A DNA stretch of 64,000 nucleotides from the NCBI GenBank assembly GCA_047495785.1, contig JBLDXI010000054.1, positions 4,237,812-4,301,811 on the forward strand, written 5' to 3'. Within the stretch, counting starts at the first letter, position 1. Every line of letters starts with the position of its first letter. The notes below the pieces were generated by a model, which made no database searches, was not told the origin of the DNA, and worked only from the letters and a program-made list of their open reading frames with translations. The stretch comes from Lepidodermella squamata. Its lineage: Eukaryota > Animalia > Gastrotricha. A program made the position numbers and the translations under genes. This document shows, one piece after another, positions 39,305-52,407 of this stretch.

Positions 39305-42300
39305 TTAACTAACCGTTCGGCCATAAGTCCAAACATCACCTCGAACACGCTTACGGCGAATGCCTACGGAGTATCCGTTGGTTGCAGACGCAGAGTCATT
39401 ACCCATCGAAGAGGAAGTCGAGGATGAGTGTGACTGGAGAACCACAACTTCCAACGCGAACATAAGCTGAGCCTTACCCCAGTCGTTATTGATGGTACAT
39501 TGCAATTTCCAATCGTTGATGTTGTCATATCGAACTTGCACGATTTCTTCAAGGGCTCGTCGCAGTGCAGACATGACGCACTCGCATTGAGAAACAATCG
39601 ACCTGTATAATTGGCGCACATTTTTTCGTGAACGACGGAGCATTTTGCTAGTTACTTACTCAGAACCAAGAGAGGGAACGTTGATGCAAGTAATGTCATG
39701 ACCTAAAATGTATCGAGATAACAGAGTCATCATATCCTTCTTCTAAATCAACTCACCAACAGCGCCACGAATGACGCGTGGATGGCCCTGTGAAGCGGAC
39801 GGAGCGCGCCTGTGCATTGATACTGCCCCGTTCTGAAATATATCCCCATCACCAATAGGGCGCTTGATCTTAGAATGTGGAGTGAAAAAGTTTCGAATTG
39901 ACGCAATAAAACGGCGACCAGGTGTAGCCGACGGCGAAGCCACTGCGTTGGCACCTGAAACAGGGTTCCCTGGCACGACTGTGCGCAAATTGCTTGACTG
40001 CTTCAACTTCGCCGTGTTGAAGTTTGCAGTAGGCGTAGCATTGTTAACCGCTGATGAGCCGACGGTTGGTGGGGTTGAACCTGGTTTGCCATAAGAACGG
40101 TGAGCAGTGGGCGAGGCCAAAATCATCGAATCTACGGACCCGCTACGGCCAGGAGACTTGTCCGAGTTCGGTATCACAATTTGGGTTGTTGACGGATTCA
40201 CGATTATCGAATCAATGGATCGCGAAGGCATCAAGGGAGATAGAGATGATCCTTTGGCAGCGGCGTGGCTGATTCGGTCTGTGATAGGTGTCAGGGTCTT
40301 ACCAATGTGACCTGTGGTTGCAGGCAGAAAGACATGCGCAGCTTGGTTGGCGCCTGAAGACTTGCAAGCAGCTCGATTTTTAGCAGCGGGCGCTAGGATA
40401 ATGATAAATTAAGGTGCATAAAGTGAGTACACAAATTAGAGCCTGCATTTTGCGAATTCGAATATGTACTAAAAAACCTGCTCTATTGTGGAAAATGGCC
40501 TCCATATCACGAACATGAAAAGAGAAATACATGCTACCTGAAAACGCCATTTGGCCAGTCGGCGAGTACTGAGGATGGGCTGTAGGCGGTGCAACATTTT
40601 CCTTGCTAGAAATGCTGTTTTCAGACAACCATCCGCTTGTCGAGTCGTCTTCAACACTGTATTCGCTGTTTTGATCGAAAGACGAGCCATGAGGAGCAAG
40701 AGGCTTCCGGAAGTTTTCGGCTTGGCGTGGTGAAATGGCATCATTACTTGCAGCGTGGGATATCCCAGTAGGTCCAGCACTGTTCGGGAATACGGATTCT
40801 TGGAACTCTGGCTCCTGATTAGCGCTATGCTCCAGAGCGCCCATTGACGATGGTACAGTCATCGGTATATGGCGGGTGGTGGATTCACGCAGACGCCAAT
40901 TCATACGCGTCCCGTTAGAGCTCAACTTGCGGCGCCACAGTAATAAATATACAGCTGTCACCTCATTATATGGCCATGTTTTGGGATCCCGGGAAAGAAT
41001 AGCCAAAAGAGAGTCGTAGGATATTCCGAGCTTTACAACGAGCTGAAAAAAGGGAGACAATGATTTGACATGATTTGCATGTTGTTCAATTACTTACCTC
41101 AAACATAACTTCCCTATCAGGCATCTTCAGTTTTTCCATGTACCCGCTTTCCCAACGGACTGGGATCATGGATCCTGTATTGGGCTCGGTCTGGCGAGCA
41201 GATTGTTGTGTCTTCGGATACGTGAAAAATGAATTGGCGTTGGATTGGCAGAGCCAAGGATGCACGAGTAATTGTCGGACAGTGATGCGGCGGCGTGGAT
41301 CGACCTAATCAATTTATAAAATGCGCATGTAACATCTCTGAACAACCATTCTTTGTTCGTTTAGACAGTAAAATTATAATGTTAAGTCTACACTTTTGGA
41401 TCGAGCCACCCGAAAAAGTCCAGTTTAGACAACTTTCACAGTATAACGCTGGGATTTTGGCTACCTGGTACCCTGAGACGAGAAAATTAAAAATTCACAA
41501 TGTTGGCTTTTAAGGCTGCCAATTGTCGAAAGATCACTGATGTTGGTATTGGATTTGCGTTATGGTGTATAACTAGTTACCTGACCGCAAATAGTTTCAA
41601 ATACGTGTAATCGTTAGAGCTTAGATCTATTGGATAGGCGTCGTAATACCAAATTTAGGAAGACTTCAAACGAAAAACCTTGTGGGGAGATTTATCTCGC
41701 ATAATTTTCAAAAAATGTCAGACATTTTCATCCCTCTGAAATTCGGCTCGATTCGCTTGCTCATGGACGTACTGTTGTCTATCAGGTCAGCCTATCAATA
41801 GCTCCTATCAGTTACGATTTTCTATTTTCTATTCTATTTCATTCAGAAGAAAAATTACTATCTCGCGATGCTTGATGGTCTGCTGCCACGGATCCGAATG
41901 GTGATTGTGCCCTTTGCTAACGTATATTAACTGATATTTCTACACACTACACATATCAAGTATGGCCTCATATTTCATAATAGTAGGCCAATTACGATAA
42001 TGAATAAAACAATTGCGATTGAACGAAGTGGAAAAATAGTGTCAAATATCAGATCGATTTAAACGAAGCGAACTTCGGATTTCGATGATATATAGTTCAG
42101 CTAGCGAAACTTACATTAAGCAATTGCCTTAGCAGGGTTATGCTGCCCTCACTCAGAAACGAGGGCACATGGAAGCGACCATGCAGAATTTTTTGATATA
42201 GGACCGCCTGTTTCAACAGTCAAAATCATGATTGCGATAATACGGATCAATATCAAATTACAAGATTTTCATCGTCAAATGGCAGCGTTCCAACCAGTAG

Positions 42301-43258
42301 AGCGTATAATAGAACGCCTAAAATTGAACATAATGATTTCGAATACGAATAAGATAATAGGAGTATCCACCTAAACTCCAAGCATCCGCCATATCTCCAG
42401 CATAAGCATGTCCAGATAACAGCTCGGGAGCCGCGTATGCCGGGCTTCCGCAGCATGTTGATAGCATGTGAACATTGGACAAAGCCTTATCCTGAAATTT
42501 AAAGCCGGTAGAGATTGGGATTTGGAAAAGCTGAAATTTCCGACGAACTTTAACATCGCCTTCGCCATTCAGTTTAGCGCAAAGACCAAAGTCTATCAAC
42601 TTGATTGAGCGTTGTCGATTGAGCAGAAAATTCTCCGGTTTAATATCCCGATGAGCGAAGCCCATGTGATGAACAAAAGCTACCGAAGCAACGATCTGAA
42701 ATCATAAAAGCTTTCATTATATAGCCATGCCATAAGCGTGACACCGACTTCTCTGAAAAATGTTCGCGCTTCGTCCTCGTTAAGCCGCTCTCGGGCTACG
42801 ATGTGCTCGAAAAGCTCACCACCCGCACAATATTCCATTACAATGTAAACCTGCAAAAGCAATGATTAAATTGCAGGTTTAAGATTCTGTGAAAATCAAT
42901 TTACATGTGTGTTTGTTTCTACGACTTCAAACAGTTGAGCAATATGCTCATGCTGCAGCTGCTTCAAAGCTTCTACTTCCCGGAATACACGAGGAAGGTC
43001 ATCCTGTAAAACAGCATTAACATTCTAGTTTTTCACCTGCTTTCAACGAACCCCGAGTTTGACTTTATTCACAATCTTTATCGCCACAAGTTCTCCGGTC
43101 AAAATGTGTTCGGCCAATTTCACTTTACCAAAGCCACCTGAAAATCAAATTTTAACGACTTAACTTATCACACAAAATGAAATAAACATACCGGACCCCA
43201 GGGTCTCTCGGAGCTGGTAATGCATTGCAATAGCTTTTGGAACATTTCCTCCACGCAT
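39305..43258 (-). CDS. MELK: Maternal embryonic leucine zipper kinase (AMPK-related kinase with KA1 domain)
   Basis: ETLGS|[70 protein letters not shown]1 end [13 protein letters not shown]. Confidence 0.93.
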
Positions 43259-43554
43259 TTTATTTCCTAATTGCAGAGTAATCATTTCATAACGAAAAAA
43301 AGAAAGTGAAGTTGAGGAACGTGAACACAGCTGAACAATTAAACCTCGTTTGAGTTATTGTATAGCCGCTGAATTGGCAGCAAAAGGGTATTTTGCGGAC
43401 CGTATACTTACTGCGGACCGGATGCGGAAGCCCAATACGAATATTGGGACCGGGTAAGACTGAAGACTGAACTTATCAAAAGCAAAATTAGCACTCAAGA
43501 AACGATAACAAATGCGAACAGCAAAACAAGTTAAAACAAACAGGCAGAACCAAT

Positions 43555-43960
43555 CTTTTATTAATCGTCATCCTCATCAGATGCACAGGGACGGCGCCAG
43601 GGTAATACAGCCAGGGGGGCAAGCTGGGGCACACTAACAATTAACAATGAACAAAGGGGTTGGGATACTTGAAAAGCTGCGATTGCAAAAATATCATACA
43701 GCAACTACCATACGGGACACGGGACCCTGCGACGCATATAATTCGGAGTTCAGTAAGCGCAGAGGTGGAATGAATAGGCGAAGAGTTAAGCGAAGAGGAG
43801 GAAATGCTACGGGTGGTACAAAAGAATACAAAGATAAATTATAAATTTAGAGTTGTGATCTATCAAGTTGGTCCACTCGGACACGAGCTTGATGAAGAAG
43901 CGCAGAGCCCAGCAGGTAGAAAATCCCGAACAGCCTCTCCCGATTCACAGGTTGACGCTT
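43555..43960 (-). mobile_element. Possible decayed CR1-like 3' remnant
   Basis: Minus strand shows RERLF...FFIKLVSEWTNL-like residues and a GC-rich 3' UTR ending in AATAAA. Weak. Confidence 0.3.
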
Positions 43961-45032
43961 AACTTGATTCGAATTGATAGGTTATTTGGAAATTCCCGCG
44001 AACAATCTTCAGGATGACCTTGGCAGCATACTTTAATCAGTTCATCAACTTGACTTTTTAAAAATTTCGTAGAAATCGGCGAATAATGATAACAGAATTC
44101 AAATTTGAAAAGTTCCCGCGCGACAGTCTTCTCCAATCGGGTCAAAGGTCATCGACCGACATTTAACCTCAATCAAGTTCTTTGAAGCCGTACAGCCCTC
44201 GACTATGCCGTTCTGACAACGGCAGCCTGGATGCCTCGCAATCTGATGGTGCTAAAATCCATAATCTATGTTTCTTATTTTATTCGATATTCGATTGTGC
44301 CACTTGAACCTAGCCCCATGGAAACCATCGCTCTGGTTCTAATGTTCAAAATGATGCCGAAGCGTCGGGTGATAGGCGATTGGGCTTATGAATCAATCCT
44401 TATATCAATGACCGTAATCAGTATGTGAACAGTCTGTATGCGATTTTTCTCGCCAAGGGATACGAACCCAGCGAAAAACCTGAATTTCTGAATGGCGGTA
44501 TAGCCGAAGAGCTGCTTGGGGCTGCGAACCACTCTGCCTGGTCGGCGTTATCAATCATTTAGTATTTAGCCATTATTTAAGATTGAATCTAACTTAGAGG
44601 GGATAAACCGCTAACCGGTACTCCTGCAAAGCTTAGATGGCCGCAAGTTTCACTTGGAACTTGGAAGACCTCTTTTTGGCGTTGAAACATCAGACCTCAG
44701 ATATCAGATAGTGGCAAAATTATCTCGAAAAGGTTTTATTTCAGAATTCACAGCCAATCACGGTAACAACTGTTCCTATTGATTTTAGCTTTGTTTTCGT
44801 CTAGTACTTTTGCCGTTATTCCATCTCTGCGCCTAAATAACTGTGCCGGTGACAGATTTTATTAGCCCTGTTAAATCACCAGAGTTGGTGACAAAGTCAT
44901 TCATTCATCGTTCTTTTTTGGTCTCTAATCTCCCAGTAAACTCATATCGCTTGTCAGTTAAGCTCAGTGCAATAATACTAAATCGTTTTTATTTATTGAA
45001 AATATAGCTTTCCTTGTCATAAATATTTGAAC

Positions 45033-46646
45033 ATGCCGCACGTAAATCCTTTGAAAGATTTCGTGGCCGGTGCGGCCGGCGGAGTGTGTTTAGTTGGAGC
45101 CGGACATCCCTTTGATACTGTCAAAGTAATATATAATTGCAACTTGAATATGGTACCACCTTTGCAACTACTTGTTTCAGGTTCGCTTACAAACCATGTC
45201 AGGGCCCAACGCAGCTTATTCGGGTGCAGTGGATTGCTTGTTAAAAACAGTCAAAACTGATGTAACTTTCCTTTTCTCAGCGTCATTGATTATTCATATT
45301 TTTGAAATCTAAGGGATTTTTCGGACTATACAAAGGGATGGCTGCTCCCTTAATTGGCGTCACCCCGATGTTTGCGGTTTGTTTCGCAGGGTATGGCTTT
45401 GGCAAAAAAATCCAACAAGGTGGCTCAGACAAGGAGCTCAAGTAAGACCGCTTATTACTTCAACAATAGATACGTCGCGTCGCGGAAGAACTCTCACTTC
45501 GGTATTATTTTATTGCCGTACTGTCGAGTACGGCTGGCTGACAGTATTCTTCCATGATTTTACACTTACTGCATTCGGTGTACTGTCGGATTTTTCCGAA
45601 GTGCGACCGAAGTTCTACCGCGACGTGAAAGATTCGAAGTTTTATTTTATCCGAGTTCTCGTATTATTTTTCCTGGTGTAACACGGAAGTTGTAATTATG
45701 TATTTTCTCAGTTTATTTCAAATTTTCAACGCTGGGATGCTATCCGGAGTTTGCACCACAGCTGTAATGGTACCTGGTGAAAGAATTAAATGTTTACTCC
45801 AAATTCAATCGGGGTCAGCCAAAAAATACAACGGCGCACTGGATTGCGCTCGCCAGCTCTACAAAGAAGGTGGAATAAAAAGCATCTACCGTGGAACCAC
45901 AGCAACGCTGTTGAGAGGTAAGTATCTGATATGTTGCATTTTAAAAATGTTGCATTGGACTCCTTGATCAGACGTTCCCGGTTCGGGCATATACTTCGCG
46001 GTTTATGAAGGTGTTAAAAGAGCGCTAGCTACCGATTCAAATCAACTCAGCCCAGCCCGAGTTATGCTCGCTGGCGGACTCTCAGGTATTTTTCATGTAA
46101 TCAAATTTGGATTCGGCATTCCCCCAACTCACACCAACATGCCTGCACCAGTAATTAACGCGAGTGTACCCTACTCTTACCGCGTCCTTAAGGCGTCGAG
46201 AGAAGGGGATGCGAAAGAAATTCAACCACCAACGCAATACATAAACGCTCTTCTCAATGAGTAATTCTTATTAGTACAGTCAAAGAGTCATAATCAAGAT
46301 AACTTGATAATAATTAAAGTATTTATTTTCTTTTTTTTCCCAGGCGTTGCCATGTGGATTTGCGTGATTCCGATTGATACTCTGAAATCTAGACAACAAA
46401 CTGCTGCTGAGGGCAAATTGACAGGCTTGATGGACGTTTACCGTGAACTTGTTAAAGAAAAAGGTCAGCGACAGGAGCGTTGACGTTTACCTACTATTTT
46501 TGTACGCATGGTGATTTTCAGGTATCACCGGCCTATGGCGTGGAACCGTTCCAGTGCTCCTGCGAGCTTTTCCAGCTAATGCAGCTTGTTTTTTTGGTTA
46601 CGAGGTGACGATGAAGTTTTTGGACATGCTTTTCCCCGGAGTGTAA
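45033..46646 (+). CDS. SLC25A20: Mitochondrial carnitine/acylcarnitine carrier (colt/dif-1)
   Basis: [85 protein letters not shown]. Confidence 0.93.
45471..45626. mobile_element. Small degraded TIR element inside an SLC25A20 intron
   Basis: ACGTCGCG..GGAAGAACT..CACTTCGG is inverted relative to CCGAAGTG..GAAGTTCTACCGCGACGT. Confidence 0.45.
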
Positions 46647-47988
46647 GAAGCAACGCTGAACTTCTGCTAAACCAAAAGCAGGCGCCGAATGATAACTCAG
46701 GCCGCTGTATTATTTTATGATATACGTTCAGATGCTTTATGATTAAAATAAAATTGATGCACTGACACGTTTCGATATCACTATTTTAACATCTTTCTTC
46801 TTCCCTTTCTTTCCGTTCTTTCTCTGGTGGTTGTCGTAGAGCAGGTTCATAATCCACGCCAATGGGGACGCTTCTCGCCCGCGATAATTTGGAGAAAGCT
46901 GACAATTCCCAATGTTTTTTTGTGTTGTAATTTTCTGTAATTTACAGAAGTCTTCCAGGGTCAGCGGATGTAGAGACATATGGCCGCCATTCTCCTTTGG
47001 CGCAACTAGGGCAAGACAACACTTAGTTCGAGGAGTTGAACCGAAATGCACAAGTAGTATAGCATGATTACATAGATAATGTAAATTTGATGGAGTTGGC
47101 CTGTTGACAAAAATATAGTATTAAAGTAAAATTAAGGCTTGGCTTCTAGTTTTACCATGATGAGAGAATCCATAGAGCATCGATGAACAGCTGAATTGAA
47201 GCACCAGACTTCGCACTGATAGTAAGAAATGTCGCATTTTTTACTCGCAACTGACTTCTCGGAATATGCATGCTCACAGAATACGAAGGCTTGGCACGTT
47301 ACTGCGTGCAATCTTATTTTTACTCCCAATCGCCCAGAGAAGAACCCTCGCTCTAGAAAATTCATCACTTCTTCTTAGGTGCACGCAGCACTAATAAATG
47401 GAGACTTCGAGATTCGATTATACATAGCTATTAGGTATTATTTCAAGAGTGCTTATCATTTAACAATACTTTTGTCTATACTCTTCATTCTAACACTGCA
47501 ACATGACTGATTCAGCTGAAACGCTGAACATTTGACCCACCTCGACGCAGATCGAGCCTAGATTTTTTCGGTCAATGATCAATCATTTATTCCATAATTT
47601 CTGCCAATTTAAACCAAGGTTGCAGAATTTACATATTTTTTATCTGGTAGCAATAACAATTTGAATGCTCAAATCAATTGTAAATTCTGACTTGGTGTCT
47701 ATTTTCCTCTTGGTGTGTGCTGGCTTCGTGTTGTTTCAAACAGGTTTGAATATAGGAAATAAACATTACGCGTTGCACACGGAAACCAACATGAAACTTC
47801 AAACAATAATTATTGACAGGAGAAGCTATAACATGTTACAATGATGGCTGGTTAACTGGTTCAAACAAAACGCCAAACAAAACGGCTGATAACTGTACAG
47901 GTTGTACGCAGCTTCTCAATCAAAGTAATGATTTCTGCCCTGCGCGAGAGCTCCATTAGGGCTAGCAATTTTATTTTATGAACTATAG

Positions 47989-49373
47989 GTACCAATGGAG
48001 ACGTCATAGCGAGGGGCTACCTGTGTCGATTGAATGTTCGTTATCCGGACAACACACTACGCTACGAAGTCAATTATAGCGGCGGACCTTCAAGAATCGT
48101 TGTAAGTATTATTCACGCAGTTAATTTACACCTGTCACCTGTCTTTTGTCAATCTTTGATTTTTCTGCATTTTGATAGTGAGAAGTGAGAAGCAATTATC
48201 TGAGTTTTTTTGGGATATCAGTAACCATCAAAAAGAGCTGCATACTCTATTTCCCATTCTAATCATGCCTCCCTTCGTGTTTTTTTCCACACACCTTGTT
48301 ATTGTGACTGATTTCAACTCAGAATTTAGCCTTTCATTTCCGTGCTAGAAACAGATCATTTGCTTTCCCCTAACAAGATTTATATACATAGAAGACTGGG
48401 AGCCAAGGCTAATCAGAAGGTGGCTATCGAATTTGAAGTTTTATAAGCCTGTTAGCCCTCCCACACTTGAATAGTAAAATAGGAATAAGCAATTTGGGAA
48501 TAATGAGCATACAATTTTTTTCTACTCTTCTATCGAAGCTTTTTTTGAAAACGACATTTCTGTTGCGCGGCAGATATACATTCGGGTATATTGATCCAAA
48601 TGTCCAAAAGCTTGGTGAGCCTTGGGATTAATCAAAACAAAGATTCTAAATTTATGGAGCTTCGGATGGTAACCCATGCCGATTCGAATTTATTGCCACA
48701 ATAAGATATTTCTGTAGACGGCTATTATTGCCTATGGCTCAATTGCCTATTGGCCTATTGCCCATTATGCGAAAGCGTCATCAGGGTGCGATCTTGTATC
48801 CCGGAGCTGCCAGGGATGGAAAAAAGCAAGCGAGAAAATTTTGAAGACTTTCCCCTGAAACACGCTCCAAAACCTCTTAAAATTAACGAAACAGTGGGAT
48901 ATATTCTCATTTTGTTGTCTGGCCCGGCCTAGCTGGGGATGACCCCCCTCCCCATCCCTCGTGAAAGTCGCACACTGAGCGTCAGCCAAAACTGTTGGAG
49001 GATCGAGAATCTGTGACGTTTTCATATTTCAGAAAGAATGAAAAAAGTATTCTCAACTTCATTAATTATGACGGTTGTTAGTGATAATTATTACTAGTGT
49101 TAGTTTGTATGGCTAATGAGATTTTTAGATATAAATTATAAATATTCGCTCGAAAGAATCCTAATTTTTCATGTTTCTTCCAACTTTCAAACAAGTTGAA
49201 TCTTTCGTAATTTCAAAAATAATTTGTTCTTTTATTAACAGTATTGTAATTGCGCCAATAATACTTGCAATGGAGATGCATCGCAATGCACGCCTGAGCT
49301 TCCCATGCCGACTCCAGCACCGTCGCCTCGAATTTGGGAGCCATGGACTGGAAGAATCGGCATCAATCCCTGA
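47989..49373 (+). CDS. Two phase-compatible exons of a small Cys-containing protein (C-x-C-x4-CN motif, Ly6/three-finger-like); 5' part not found
   Basis: Exon 47989-48101 (ctatag|...|gtaagt) reads TNGDVIARGYLCRL...SRIV; exon 49242-49373 reads YCNCANNTCNGDASQC...INP*. Confidence 0.35.
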
Positions 49374-50119
49374 AGCAGGTATTCAGCTGCGATGTTGACC
49401 CTACACGTGACAGATGACTAATTTACCACCTACCACGCTTCGCTCAATACTGAAAGCAGGTGTTCTGTTTCTTCAACTAGCTATTGTAATGAGTTGTGTA
49501 GAGTTGTAGGTTACAACTTGAACAATGAAGCAAGACTAATCCGATTATATTTTCCACTTATGACGATTCTAGTTTTTTGGTTAAATGAATTAAAGTATGT
49601 CTGAATTTTCCTTCTTTTTTTACCTGGTGCACTCACTTTGACGAAGATCTTGCCATTTATCATTCGAGCTTGGTTGAGCACTTGCAAGAAATCATTCTAT
49701 TCTTCACGAAAAACAACTTGAAATTCGATAAACTTGGAGAAAGCGTGAAACTGCCACGCCAGGTCAGGAAACTGAGAGATTTTTGAGGCCACGCCTGAAT
49801 GGCTTGTATACACTTTCACAAATTACCTAATTAATTCATAATTTCAAATACCAAGATTATCATGAAAACGCATTTAGTATCTGCCTAATTACTCAGCACG
49901 TGGGAAAATTGATAGGGAGCCGAAATTGATAACGCCAGCGGGTCGGGGCATGGTTTGGGTTTGCTACAGAGGCATTTAACGAGGTATTGGTTTTTTGCGC
50001 TCTATGGCGCCACGTGAATTTTACGGGTGTGAAATAGCAGCTGCTAATGACGAAGGTGAGCTTATAACCCCGACTCTTTAATGCCGCCACTTCAATTCAC
50101 TTACCTAAAGCTTTCAAAA

Positions 50120-50803
50120 ATGGTCGCTATAGAGAAGCTGATCTTTTCAATTTTGTTTATTGGCTATGCTTCTAGTGCAACAATCGGAAATGCCAGCAAA
50201 ACTGTCGAATGGGCTGATGCCTACTGGGATTGCGTTGATCTGGAGTGCTCGCAACGAGTGCCAGTCGGAACACCCCAGAAAGAATTTCAGTGCGCTCAAT
50301 TCGTAGCCCGAGCTCTAGCTGCAGGTGGCTTCATACCAAGACTGGGCCCTCTTGACCCTATCAACTCTTATTGGAACTACAAATTCAAAGGAGAAAAGTA
50401 CTGCCTGACGTGCCCAAGTAAACACGGCCCGAACTTCGTGACTCTGAAAAAGGGTCTAGCTGAATTATTGGCTGATATGGGTTGGAAATTATGCCAGACT
50501 TGCGAACCGGGGCAATGTCAAAAAAATGTGGAAAGGACAATGGTTAATACAGGAGAGGTCGTTATAGTGGACGAGTACTGTACGGGTCAGAAATGCGACT
50601 TGAAGACATCGCGGGATTGTGTTGGAGCGGCTAGTGTGATTTTTGCGACTGGAATGCGGCATGCAGCACTAGGCGTTGGACCGGGTGAAATCAGTTCGCA
50701 TAACAATGCGCAGAATCATGCTGACTATTCGATTTACAAAAATTACAGTGCTATCTATATTCCGCCTTCCGCCAAAGTTTTGATCTCGGTCACAATGTTG
50801 TAA
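50120..50803 (+). CDS. Intronless secreted Cys-rich protein with a putative amidase (Amidase_6 / NlpC-P60-like) domain
   Basis: Signal peptide MVAIEKLIFSILFIGYASSA; VEWADAYW; QCAQFVARALAAGG (candidate catalytic Cys); RHAALGVG...SHNN (candidate catalytic His). Confidence 0.7.
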   Translation: MVAIEKLIFSILFIGYASSATIGNASKTVEWADAYWDCVDLECSQRVPVGTPQKEFQCAQFVARALAAGGFIPRLGPLDPINSYWNYKFKGEKYCLTCPSKHGPNFVTLKKGLAELLADMGWKLCQTCEPGQCQKNVERTMVNTGEVVIVDEYCTGQKCDLKTSRDCVGAASVIFATGMRHAALGVGPGEISSHNNAQNHADYSIYKNYSAIYIPPSAKVLISVTML

Positions 50804-50818
50804 CACTACTGTGGACTA

Positions 50819-50886
50819 TTGGGTTGGGTTAGGGTTAGGGTTAGGGTTAGGGTTAGGGTTAGGGTTAGGGTTAGGGTTAGGGTTAG
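50819..50886 (+). repeat. Interstitial telomeric tract 1: (TTGGG)2(TTAGGG)9TTAG
   Basis: Directly visible; G-rich strand on + indicates the chromosome end lies to the right. Confidence 0.97.
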
Positions 50887-51319
50887 TTTCTTATTGAATA
50901 CCAGACGGGTCAATTATGAAATACCCCGGCAGAATTGGTCCTGGCCACAAAGACATGACCTTTGCCGGTTAAAATAATTAGGTTTAACGTGATCATTTTG
51001 TTTGATCGATTAAAACCCGTGGTGATAATTACCCATAGCCAATAGACTTGTTCACTGAGTGACTCAGTTACCCACTGTCATTGGATACGTTCATTATCAA
51101 GGCAGAGGTGAGTCTCCACCAGAAGTAGGACAATTACTCACAATCCTTGACTTGTTCACCACCCGGAGGCAGTTACCCACTATCTTGGATGTTTTCATCG
51201 TCACTAGACCGATACCCATCTTTGAATAAGTTGAGTAAAAGAGACGAAGAACTATAGAGGTTTGCCAATAATCAGACCGGTTTCGCTACTTGGCTAAGGT
51301 AGCTCATCAGTGATTTTGG
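50887..51319 (-). mobile_element. Remnant of a different hammerhead-bearing telomeric retroelement between two telomeric tracts
   Basis: 433-bp segment with a hammerhead at its distal edge and an internal imperfect direct repeat (GACTTGTTCAC...CAGTTACCCACT). Confidence 0.6.
51265..51319 (-). ncRNA. Type I hammerhead ribozyme
   Basis: Minus strand: AATCA-CTGATGA-GCTAC-cttagccaa-GTAGC-GAAA-CCGGTC-TGATT. Stem I, core, 5-bp stem II, short palindromic stem III, GUC cleavage site. Confidence 0.88.
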
Positions 51320-51433
51320 GGGTTAGGGTTAGGGTTAGGGTTAGGGTTAGGGTTAGGGTTAGGGTTAGGGTTAGGGTTAGGGCTAGGGTTAGGGTTAGGG
51401 TTAGGGTTAGGGTTAGGGTTAGGGTTAGGGTTA
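51320..51433 (+). repeat. Interstitial telomeric tract 2: 18 hexamers (one CTAGGG variant at 51383)
   Basis: Directly visible; its last 10 nt are shared with the retroelement terminus. Confidence 0.97.
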
Positions 51434-52398
51434 ATTAGTAAGCTGCGGTCCGCCTGTATTTTGTTTTGCGCAAGGTGATAAGTAAAAGCCTGCCAGCCCT
51501 TCGTAACGTTGGTGAGCAAGTCAGGGCTGAGCATGGCGCGTTTCATTTCGTTGCAGGCGCATTGAAATTGTTCGTAGATCGCCGGCCAGTAGATGTTGCT
51601 CGACTTGCGCAGGACTCGTAGCACGCTGTTGCTGCTCGCGACAGTGTTGAAGACCCGCGACGTTTGGGCCGCTCTGTCCGACGGATGGCAGTAGTTTGCT
51701 GCTTGGCGTGCATCGGTGAACGCACTTTCGAGAGCTTGCTCGTGTCCTTGCATGGATTTATGACGTATCTCGGAAACAACATTGTAAAAAAGCAAATCAA
51801 CGATGCCCTGAGTGCTAGCTTCGAACCGGTGCTCGCGCGGGAAAAACTTCTCAAGCACTGGCCGGAGTGCCTTCTCGTGAGCGGTGGTGGGTCTCTCGTT
51901 TTGAGGTTTGGCGTAGTCTTCACTGAAGTTGGCTGTGGCGAGCTTGGCTAAAATGAAGAAATGATGAATAAAATTGTTGAGTTTCTCGCGGAAGCGATCG
52001 AGGAGATCTTGTCGATGTTCCCTCGCTCGACGTTGCCCTTCTGCTGCTGCCTTAGAAGGTAGCTGCCTGTAGTCCGTTGAGTCTTGCGGTCGCTTCGTAC
52101 CATCCGCGTGCCGACGGTCTGACTGAGCGTTCGAACCGTGCGAGCGACTGGAGCGGCCGTGCGTAGCACCCTCGTGCGAACGGTAAGATCGAGTGTTCGA
52201 ACTGGACGCTGCTGCGGAGACTGTCTGTTTCGAGCGGCTTTGATGACGATCGCGCCGTTCTTGTTGATAGGGCGGATTGTGACGACTCGAATTGTAATAG
52301 ACGTAGCGGAAGCGGCCAAAGATGGCCCGTCCCGGGCGGTCGTTGTTAATTTCTGTAAACCCGTTGTTATTAGAAACAAAACGGTTACGGTTAGACAT
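51431..52398 (-). pseudogene. 3'-truncated ORF1 copy (pseudo-LTR-like) running into telomeric repeats
   Basis: Matches the ORF1 N-terminus up to LLINPN (one visible L/R difference). The NP dipeptide run is translated CCCTAA. Confidence 0.85.
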
Positions 52399-52407
52399 AA
52401 TGAGATT

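Noticed and set aside
43570-43582. Minus-strand CTGATGAG as a hammerhead core
   Set aside because: No GAAA or stems; looks like a LINE 3' UTR
51307-51433. Asn-Pro repeat C-terminus of the 363-aa ORF
   Set aside because: It is translated (CCCTAA)n after truncation of ORF1, not a real protein repeat
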